A stretch of 13,084 nt of DNA, from positions 1 through 13,084 of the forward strand of contig JAOZPR010000022.1 of the NCBI GenBank assembly GCA_029932645.1, written 5' to 3'. Shown here in pieces: positions 6,333-13,084 of this stretch. The stretch's first letter is position 1, and each line of letters begins with the position of its first letter. This stretch comes from Candidatus Aenigmatarchaeota archaeon (GTDB lineage Archaea > Aenigmatarchaeota > Aenigmatarchaeia > GW2011-AR5 > JAGGXF01). The position numbers were made by a program, and so were the translations under genes. The notes under the pieces were generated by a model that was not told the origin of the DNA, did no database searches, and saw only the letters and a program-made list of their open reading frames with translations.

Positions 6333-6688
6333 GAATTGCAGTCCCAACTAATGAAAACAAAGGTCTGGACAGTGATGTAGCCTACCACTTTGGAAGATGT
6401 AAAAGTTTTATAGTCCTAGATGAAAATGGAAAAATTGTAGAACTTTTAGATAATGCAAGCGAGCATATGGGAGGAACCGGTCTTCCGCCAGAACTGATGA
6501 AAAAACATAACATTGATGTCCTACTTTGTCAGGGCCTGGGTCCAAGAGCTATAGAACTTTCTCAAAAGCTCGGAATCAGTGTATACACCAGTCAGGCAAA
6601 AACTGTTAAAGAAATCTTCGGGCTTTGGAAGTCCGGGAAGCTCAACAAGGCGACAAAAGATGACTCATGTGATGAACATGAAACATAG
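6329..6688 (+). CDS. NifB/NifX family protein
   Basis: MRIAVP..HFGRC..LCQGLGPRAI. ATGA overlap with the Mrp gene and a GGAGGTG SD. Confidence 0.9.
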   Translation: MRIAVPTNENKGLDSDVAYHFGRCKSFIVLDENGKIVELLDNASEHMGGTGLPPELMKKHNIDVLLCQGLGPRAIELSQKLGISVYTSQAKTVKEIFGLWKSGKLNKATKDDSCDEHET

Positions 6689-6780
6689 CCAAGACATCAT
6701 CAGGCCATAAGTTTAAAATATTTATTTTTAAATTTAACTAACTAATAAAATATTTTATCATTTTATCAGGAGGCAAAAAG

Positions 6781-8187
6781 ATGAAAAGAACGTCTGTTTT
6801 CATTTTGGCTTTGCTAGTCATGGCAGCACTTGCTCCACTGGTGACTGCACAAGACGACAAAATATGCGCTGTCTATTTCACGGGTGTGGGTTGTCCGCAC
6901 TGCGCAAAGACAGATCCGGTCGTGCTTGAAGAGCTGGTTGATAAATATGAAAACCTGGTTGTAATTGAATACGAGATTTATCAGGAGAGGGAAAATGCAC
7001 AGGTTTTTTATGATTATGACTCTGTATATGGCTGTGGTCTTGGAATCCCATTGATAATATTCGACCGAAACAACTCTATAAGGGGCGACACCCCGATTTT
7101 GCAAAATGTGGAAAAAACAATTGATAATCTTAGTTGGAATCCCTGCTCGCTGGTGAACGGCTCTTCTGCCGCACTCGGTGAGCTGGATGTAACATCGTTG
7201 CCAGGAAAGCCGAAAATCTGGACAAACAGTCGTGTTTTGATAAAGACAGACGAAGGCGGGGATAATGAACTGCTGAAAAGCTTGGTCAAAGAGGGTGTCT
7301 CATGTCATCTACTTGAGAATAAAAGGTATGAAACAATTGATGCGCAACCTGTTCCGCTTTCTGGGAGAAACTTGAAATTCGATAATGCTATTAAAGTTGC
7401 TGGGTGGGTGTTTCAGTGGAATGGACCTGGCCTGAATTATAGTGAAGGAGGAATAAACTGGACAGCAACTCCAAGCGGATGCCATAAAAAAACAGAATTT
7501 GCACTTGCTAAAATAGTATCACTGGCAGCTGTTGATGCGGTAAATCCTTGCGCCCTGGCCGTGCTTACACTCATGCTTATAGCAATACTTACGTATAATC
7601 CGAAGAAGAAAAAAAATGTCTTGCTGGCTGGTTTGGCTTTCACGCTGTCGGTTTTCATCATGTATCTTTTCTATGGCCTGGTTATCATAAGGTTCTTCCA
7701 AGTGATACAGACCCTCACTGCTATCAGGCTGTGGTTGTATAAAATACTCGGTGTTGTGGCCATCTTGCTTGGTCTACTGAATTTGAGAGACTTCTTTCAC
7801 TACAAACCAGGCAGGCTCGGAACAGAGATGCCAATAGCATTGCGACCAAAGGTCAAAAAAATAATATCAGGCATAACATCACCAAAAGGTGCATTCGTAG
7901 TCGGGTTGTTCGTAACAGTATTCTTGCTACCATGTACCATCGGTCCTTATGTTATAGCAGGCGGTATATTGTCTGCTCTTGAGCTGATGAAAACCATACC
8001 GTGGCTATTGCTCTACAATGCGATTTTTGTTCTGCCTATGCTCGCCATAACACTGGTTGTGTACGCAGGCATTAAGAAGGTTGAAGACGTATCTGGCTGG
8101 AAAGACAGAAACATACGCTACTTGCATTTGGTTGCCGGCTTGATTATAATCTGCCTCGGCATAGCAATGCTTATGGGATGGGTATAA
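6781..8187 (+). CDS. Exported thioredoxin/glutaredoxin-like domain fused to a CcdA/DsbD-like membrane domain
   Basis: Signal peptide and YF...GCPHC redox motif, then multiple TM helices with DAVNPC and LPCT.GPY. AGGAGG SD. Confidence 0.82.
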   Translation: MKRTSVFILALLVMAALAPLVTAQDDKICAVYFTGVGCPHCAKTDPVVLEELVDKYENLVVIEYEIYQERENAQVFYDYDSVYGCGLGIPLIIFDRNNSIRGDTPILQNVEKTIDNLSWNPCSLVNGSSAALGELDVTSLPGKPKIWTNSRVLIKTDEGGDNELLKSLVKEGVSCHLLENKRYETIDAQPVPLSGRNLKFDNAIKVAGWVFQWNGPGLNYSEGGINWTATPSGCHKKTEFALAKIVSLAAVDAVNPCALAVLTLMLIAILTYNPKKKKNVLLAGLAFTLSVFIMYLFYGLVIIRFFQVIQTLTAIRLWLYKILGVVAILLGLLNLRDFFHYKPGRLGTEMPIALRPKVKKIISGITSPKGAFVVGLFVTVFLLPCTIGPYVIAGGILSALELMKTIPWLLLYNAIFVLPMLAITLVVYAGIKKVEDVSGWKDRNIRYLHLVAGLIIICLGIAMLMGWV

Positions 8188-8205
8188 TCTTAGGACTGGT
8201 CTAAG

Positions 8206-9105
8206 ATGACCAACCTTATCGAAAAGATAGAAAAACTAAAAAGAGATAGAAATGCCATTATTCTGGCTCATGTCTATCAAAGGGATGAGGTGCAAAAGAT
8301 AGCGGATTTCACAGGAGATTCTTTAGGCCTAAGCAAAAGGGCTGTTCACACCAGTGCTGATGTGATAGTCTTCTGCGGTGTGAAATTCATGGCCGAAACC
8401 GCAGCAATTCTTAACCCTGATAAAACAGTTCTCTTGACCGAGCAAGATGCTGGCTGCCCGTTAGCGGACATGACAACAAAAAAACAGTTGGATGAAAAAA
8501 GAGCCTTGTATCCTGATGCTGCTGTTGTGAGTTATGTCAATTCCTCTGCTGAGATTAAGGCAGAAAGCGATGCTTGTTGCACATCGGCTAATGCGGTTGA
8601 TGTTGTGAAATCGCTGCCTCAAAAACAAATTTTATTTCTCCCTGACAAAAACTTAGGAAGTTACGTAGCATCAAAACTGCCAGAAAAGGAGATTATTTTG
8701 TGGAACGGCTTTTGTTATGTTCATGAAAAAAATATCGACCCAGCCAAAATTAAAAGCCTGAAGAGCTTGCACCCTGATGCAGAAGTTATGGCACATCCTG
8801 AATGCAATCCTGATGTGATTGGCTTAACAGACTATGTTGGGAGCACTTCAGGAATGCTAATGTACGCCAAGGAATCGAAAGCGAAAGAATTTATTGTTGG
8901 TACTGAAAACGGCCTGCTTTATGAGCTACAAAAAGAAAACCCTGATAAAAAATTTTATCCGTGCAACACTGTCTGCGAGGACATGAAGCGCACGAGTCTG
9001 GAGAGTGTGCTCAGGTCGCTGGAAGAGATGAAATATAAAATTGCTGTTCCGGAAAATATACGCATCTATGCAAAGAAGGCCCTAGACAGGATGTTGAAAG
9101 TATAA
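8206..9105 (+). CDS. nadA: Quinolinate synthase A
   Basis: ILAHVYQ, GDSL, FCGVKFMAET, YVNS, PDKNLG, AHPEC, GSTSG and GTE motifs. The three Fe-S Cys are present (AGCPLA, GFCYVH, VCEDMK). Confidence 0.97.
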   Translation: MTNLIEKIEKLKRDRNAIILAHVYQRDEVQKIADFTGDSLGLSKRAVHTSADVIVFCGVKFMAETAAILNPDKTVLLTEQDAGCPLADMTTKKQLDEKRALYPDAAVVSYVNSSAEIKAESDACCTSANAVDVVKSLPQKQILFLPDKNLGSYVASKLPEKEIILWNGFCYVHEKNIDPAKIKSLKSLHPDAEVMAHPECNPDVIGLTDYVGSTSGMLMYAKESKAKEFIVGTENGLLYELQKENPDKKFYPCNTVCEDMKRTSLESVLRSLEEMKYKIAVPENIRIYAKKALDRMLKV

Positions 9106-9139
9106 CCGTGTATATGAAATAAATATATGCGATATAATC

Positions 9140-10045
9140 ATGAAAATAACTATGAAAAAAATAACAAAACTCATACCAATTGGCTTAGCCGCACTCGTAA
9201 TGTTTTTGTTAATTTTATCTTCCAGAAGTGAAAAAGAAGGGACTGATATGAAAACTCATATGATGGGTGAAAAAAACATGATTGGGAAAGGCGTGCCCCT
9301 AACAAGCGTGACCTTAACTACGATATATGATAACTATGAACACGCTCCAGAATTAAGAACGGGCTGGGGATTTTCTTGCCTTGTAAGAGCTGATGGCAAC
9401 AACATATTGTTTGACACTGGCGGCGACAGCGAAACACTGTTGCATAATATGAAAAAATTAGGCATAGAAACGAAAGAAATTAATATGATTGTGCTGTCTC
9501 ATATTCACTCTGACCATGTTGGCGGATTATTTGGCCTGCTCGAAGAGAATGCTAAGAATGCTGGGGGCGTAGAGAACGCCAACAACAATATTACCGTGTA
9601 CCTGCCCAAATCGTTCCCTCGAGACTTCAAGGAAAAAATAAAATCCTACGGTGCCAATGTTGTAGAAGTCAGCAGCGCAACAAAAATATCTGACGGTGTG
9701 TACACAACAGGAGAATTAGGAACATGGATTAAGGAGCAATCCCTGATAATCAGAACAGGGAAAGGCCTAGTCATTGTTACTGGATGCTCGCATCCCGGAA
9801 TTGTTAATATAATCAAAAGGGCAAAAGAGTTAACCAACGAAATAGTATATCTTGTCATAGGCGGATTTCATTTGTCAGCATCCAGCGACCAAGAACTAGA
9901 GGGCATCATAAAAAGCTTCAGAGAACTCGGTGTTGAAAAAGCAGCACCATGTCACTGCTCTGGCAACAGAACACGAGCACTTTTTCATGAGGAATACGCA
10001 GATGATTTCATTGAAAACGGAGTTGGAAAAACAATTAAAATTTAG
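9140..10045 (+). CDS. MBL-fold metallo-hydrolase (COG1237-like) with N-terminal hydrophobic anchor
   Basis: YDN, WGFS, LFDTG, SHIHSDH, EQSL, GCSHPG, GGFHL and PCHCSG motifs. The start is uncertain because there are several in-frame ATGs. Confidence 0.9.
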   Translation: MKITMKKITKLIPIGLAALVMFLLILSSRSEKEGTDMKTHMMGEKNMIGKGVPLTSVTLTTIYDNYEHAPELRTGWGFSCLVRADGNNILFDTGGDSETLLHNMKKLGIETKEINMIVLSHIHSDHVGGLFGLLEENAKNAGGVENANNNITVYLPKSFPRDFKEKIKSYGANVVEVSSATKISDGVYTTGELGTWIKEQSLIIRTGKGLVIVTGCSHPGIVNIIKRAKELTNEIVYLVIGGFHLSASSDQELEGIIKSFRELGVEKAAPCHCSGNRTRALFHEEYADDFIENGVGKTIKI

Positions 10046-10085
10046 CAGCAGAAATTTAGTAACAAAGTTAGTAAAGGATGATTGC

Positions 10086-10658
10086 ATGAATGGAGAAGAA
10101 ATGAAAAAGCTACGGCAAGACATTCATGAGTGCAGGCTGTGCGACTTGTGGAAAACCAGAAATAATCCTGTTGTTGGGGAAGGTTCATTAACTGCTGGTG
10201 TGATGTTTATAGGTGAGGCACCAGGCTATAATGAAGACCAACAAGGCAAACCATTTGTAGGCAGGGCAGGAAAGATATTTGATGAATTACTGAGCTCGAT
10301 AGAACTGAAAAGAAAAGATATTTACATTACAAACATATTGAAGTGTCGACCACCTGGTAATGCAAATCCATCTCCAGAGCAGATAAAAGCCTGTCTGCCT
10401 TATCTTGACAGACAGATTAAAATAATCCAGCCAAATGTTATATCTACACTTGGAAATTTTGCATTGTCGTATATCTTTGATAAATTTGGGTTGAAGCAAG
10501 AGAAAATAAGCAGTGTGCATGGGAGGATTTTTACTGTGAGTAATCTTATCGGGGCTAAAAAGATAATACCCTTATACCACCCGGCTGCTGCTACGTATAA
10601 TCCAGAAATGAAAGGTCTTTTGCTCGAGGATTTTAAACTTATTAGGGATTGTCTGTAA
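10086..10658 (+). CDS. Uracil-DNA glycosylase, family 4 (Fe-S type)
   Basis: CRLC, GEAPG..ED..G.PFVGRAG, YITNILKCRPP, ACLPYL and YHPAA motifs. ATG at 10086 with an AGGATGA SD avoids overlap with the MBL gene. Confidence 0.95.
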   Translation: MNGEEMKKLRQDIHECRLCDLWKTRNNPVVGEGSLTAGVMFIGEAPGYNEDQQGKPFVGRAGKIFDELLSSIELKRKDIYITNILKCRPPGNANPSPEQIKACLPYLDRQIKIIQPNVISTLGNFALSYIFDKFGLKQEKISSVHGRIFTVSNLIGAKKIIPLYHPAAATYNPEMKGLLLEDFKLIRDCL

Positions 10659-10683
10659 GTAGGTTATATGTAAGGGATTGTTT

Positions 10684-11544
10684 ATGAAAACCATGAAGAT
10701 TGCGATAACTGGAGGAAAAGGCGGAACAGGCAAGTCAACCATAGCTACAGCTCTGGCACACTCCCTTAGCAAAAGTAAAAATGTTCTGCTTGTAGACGCA
10801 GATGTTGACTGTCCGAATGATCATCTTATTCTGAAAATGGAAAGAAAAAAGGTTAAAACAGTAACACAAATGATTCCAAAGTGGGACTTTGACAAGTGCA
10901 TTAAGTGTGGCAAATGTTCTGAAGTTTGTAAAGCCAATGCAATCGTGTTTGTTCAGGGCAAGAATCCTATATTTGTTCCTGAGCAATGCAGTGGGTGCGG
11001 TGCCTGTATTATAGCATGTCCGACAAAAGCTATATCCAAATCGAGCAAAGAAATAGGAACGATATTTTCAGGCAAATATAACAAGCTAACTTTTCTTGGC
11101 GGTGAACTCCGACCGGGCGAGATTGCATCTGAATTTGTCGTCGATGCATTAATGGATTATGTCAAAGAAGAAAACAAAGAAAAAAATTATGATTTTATTC
11201 TAATAGACACTGCCGCAGGCACACATTGTGATGTAATCACGGCTCTAACTGGCGTGGACCTGGCAATAGCAGTGACAGAACCTACTCCTCTTGGTGCGCA
11301 TGATTTAGAACTTATACTCAAACTGACAAAAATTCTGAAGGTTCCGACCAAGGTTATACTGAACAGGGCTGATATCGGCAATATATCACTGATACAAGAC
11401 ATTGCCAAGAAATATGGCACGACCATTATCACAGAACTTGCTTATGATAAGCGCATCATCGAAGCTTATTCCAAAGGTGAGCCCGTCGCAAACAAATCCG
11501 TTGATAAATTAATTGATGAAATCTGCAAAATGGTGAAAAAATGA
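10684..11544 (+). CDS. MinD-superfamily P-loop ATPase with inserted 2x[4Fe-4S] ferredoxin domain (COG1149-like)
   Basis: GGKGGTGKST, DADVDCPN, CIKCGKC..VC, CSGCGAC..ACP, DTAAGTHC and VTEPTP. Start at ATG 10684 or 10693. Confidence 0.92.
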   Translation: MKTMKIAITGGKGGTGKSTIATALAHSLSKSKNVLLVDADVDCPNDHLILKMERKKVKTVTQMIPKWDFDKCIKCGKCSEVCKANAIVFVQGKNPIFVPEQCSGCGACIIACPTKAISKSSKEIGTIFSGKYNKLTFLGGELRPGEIASEFVVDALMDYVKEENKEKNYDFILIDTAAGTHCDVITALTGVDLAIAVTEPTPLGAHDLELILKLTKILKVPTKVILNRADIGNISLIQDIAKKYGTTIITELAYDKRIIEAYSKGEPVANKSVDKLIDEICKMVKK

Positions 11545-12431
11545 AAAAAATAGTCATACTCTCTGGAAAAGGCGGCGTTGGAAAGAGCAGTGTTGTGGCT
11601 TCGCTGGCTGTGTTGCTTGCGCGCAACAGAAAAATCATAGCAGTAGACTGTGATGTGGACGCCTCCAACCTTGCACTGGTTCTTGGCCTGAGAACCGATG
11701 CGTTCGAGTCATGGCATCCTGTGCAGACCAGTGAGAAAGCGCTGCTCGTGCCAGAAAAATGCACGCATTGTGAAAAATGCAAATCAGTCTGCAACTTTAA
11801 TGCTATATCTTGGGATGAAAAAAAAGGCGAACCAATATTTAATGAGCTTCTCTGTGAAGGCTGTGGCGCTTGCCAGCTTGTTTGCGATGCCGGGGCAATA
11901 GAACTGAAAAAGGTCGATAATGCCAAGGTCGGCTTTGGTAGGACAAAATATGGTTTTTATATCGTGTCTGGCCAACTGAAAATGGGCGAGGCTGGAAGCG
12001 GAAAAGTAGTGTCTGTTGTCAAGGACCGGGCTTATGAACTGGCAAAAAAAGAGGAAGCAGAAATCATCTTAATAGACTCTGCCGCTGGAATAGGCTGTCC
12101 TGTGATAGCATCTGTGCGCGATGCTGATTACGGCGTTGTTGTGACAGAACCGACGCCCTCAGCATTCAGCGACATGAAAAGGGCTCTGTCTGTTCTAAAT
12201 CACTTTGGCATAAAATACGGCATCATAATTAACAGATACGACATAAACACAAAACTCACAGAAACGATAGAAAAGTTCGCCAACGAGCATGAACTACCAA
12301 TCCTCGGAAAAATACCATATGACAGAACATTCGTAGATGCACTCGTCAACCTGATACCAATAGTCATTTATGACAAAAAATATGAGAAGCTGTTTTCTGA
12401 GATATTAGCCAAGATAGTTAATCAACTTTAA
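11541..12431 (+). CDS. Second MinD-superfamily ATPase with ferredoxin insert (COG1149-like)
   Basis: SGKGGVGKSS, DCDVDASNL, CTHCEKC, CEGCGAC, SGKVV, GIGCPVIAS and VTEPT. ATGA overlap with the preceding paralogue. Confidence 0.92.
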   Translation: MKKIVILSGKGGVGKSSVVASLAVLLARNRKIIAVDCDVDASNLALVLGLRTDAFESWHPVQTSEKALLVPEKCTHCEKCKSVCNFNAISWDEKKGEPIFNELLCEGCGACQLVCDAGAIELKKVDNAKVGFGRTKYGFYIVSGQLKMGEAGSGKVVSVVKDRAYELAKKEEAEIILIDSAAGIGCPVIASVRDADYGVVVTEPTPSAFSDMKRALSVLNHFGIKYGIIINRYDINTKLTETIEKFANEHELPILGKIPYDRTFVDALVNLIPIVIYDKKYEKLFSEILAKIVNQL

Positions 12432-12566
12432 CTTCTAAAATCTCATAAAATAATATCATAAAACAAATCCCATAAAAATAAAGACGTGTGCGAAAAAAAT
12501 CTCACCTCTTTACTCTATTCAAAATCTTTTTATTCTCACGCCTTCAAGTTTTTATATAGTGAGAAA

Positions 12567-12947
12567 ATGAAAGTCAAGTGGCGAAACATTATTTTGCTCG
12601 CGGTTGGATTATTCGTTCTGCTCATGCTCATCACAATCGTTATGACGCCGATGACGGGCTGTAAGCAAATCGATGACTGCAAGGCCTGCTGGAGCTGGGT
12701 GCCTGTTCCGCGAGAGTGCGGTAATGAGACGTGCGAAACAGACCCGGCCATAGAACAGCACAACGCGCTTGTTGATGTCATCATATGCGCCTGTGAAAAA
12801 GCCAGGGCAAATAATTACGGCAACAAAGAAATGAATAAGGAAATAGAGATGCTATTCAAAGAGGTCACGGCCAGCTACACGGGCAGCGCACGTGAAATCT
12901 GTGAAGGCTCGCTTGGCGCCTCGCTGATCAAATGGCGATATGAGTAA
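12567..12947 (+). CDS. Hypothetical membrane-anchored protein with 8 Cys (126 aa)
   Basis: From ATG 12567: basic N-terminus, one TM helix, then a Cys-rich soluble domain. The track's GTG extension is probably intergenic. Confidence 0.75.
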   Translation: MKVKWRNIILLAVGLFVLLMLITIVMTPMTGCKQIDDCKACWSWVPVPRECGNETCETDPAIEQHNALVDVIICACEKARANNYGNKEMNKEIEMLFKEVTASYTGSAREICEGSLGASLIKWRYE

Positions 12948-13021
12948 AAGACGTTGCTACCTTCTTCTTTTCATTTTGATAGAACCAAGTATCCATCAAA
13001 AAATTCGACAAAAAGCGAAAT

Positions 13022-13068
13022 CGAAATCTTTATATACTAGTAAGTATAATTAGTTACTAATAAGTAGT
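13022..13068 (+). promoter_or_regulatory. BRE-TATA promoter with two tandem TACT-N4-AGTA sites
   Basis: CGAAAT then TTTATATA (13029-13036). TATACT-AGTA-AGTATA at 13033-13048 and TACT-AATA-AGTA at 13055-13066. A possible ATG lies at 13077. Confidence 0.6.
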
Positions 13069-13084
13069 TAATAAATATGTGGGG

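Noticed and set aside
3795..6688. Nitrogen fixation locus suggested by the NifB/NifX domains
   Set aside because: There is no nifH/D/K/E/N or radical-SAM NifB. These domains are common in non-diazotrophs.
6712..6732. TTTAAAA-N7-TTTTAAA inverted repeat
   Set aside because: Pure A/T and likely chance, or simply part of a promoter.
9930..10085. N-terminal extension of the UDG ORF
   Set aside because: It overlaps the MBL gene, and an SD plus ATG at 10086 fits the family length.
571..12784. Antisense and nested ORFs in the track (e.g. 571-756, 1144-1401, 1501-1872, 3051-3362, 5951-6388, 11456-11926, 12536-12784)
   Set aside because: They are shadows of well-supported genes on the opposite strand or another frame, and have no recognisable motifs.

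Overview
Archaeal-looking window, inferred from GGTGA/GGAG ribosome-binding sites, BRE-TATA promoters and a probable leaderless gene. The left part holds the 5' end of a carbamate kinase gene (-), a decayed alpha/beta-hydrolase C-terminal remnant, an orphan ORF, and a minus-strand pair: a divergent RimK-like ATP-grasp protein and a HIT protein whose catalytic His is replaced by Tyr and which carries a long acidic tail. A structured intergenic region follows, with four phased TTTTACACA repeats and a 24-bp perfect palindrome between the TATA box and the start codon. It precedes a ~9.8 kb plus-strand metal/Fe-S-type cluster: DUF134 regulator, DUF5320, an unannotated 53-aa Cys-rich protein, three NifB/NifX-like domains (one fused to a CDF transporter), an Mrp/ApbC ATPase lacking its CxxC motif, a thioredoxin-CcdA/DsbD-like fusion, NadA, an MBL hydrolase, a family-4 UDG and two ferredoxin-insert MinD-like ATPases. 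The window ends with a Cys-rich membrane-anchored protein and a promoter carrying TACT-N4-AGTA sites, one of which recurs as an exact 15-mer at 372. All family calls come from motif recognition by eye; no searches were run.
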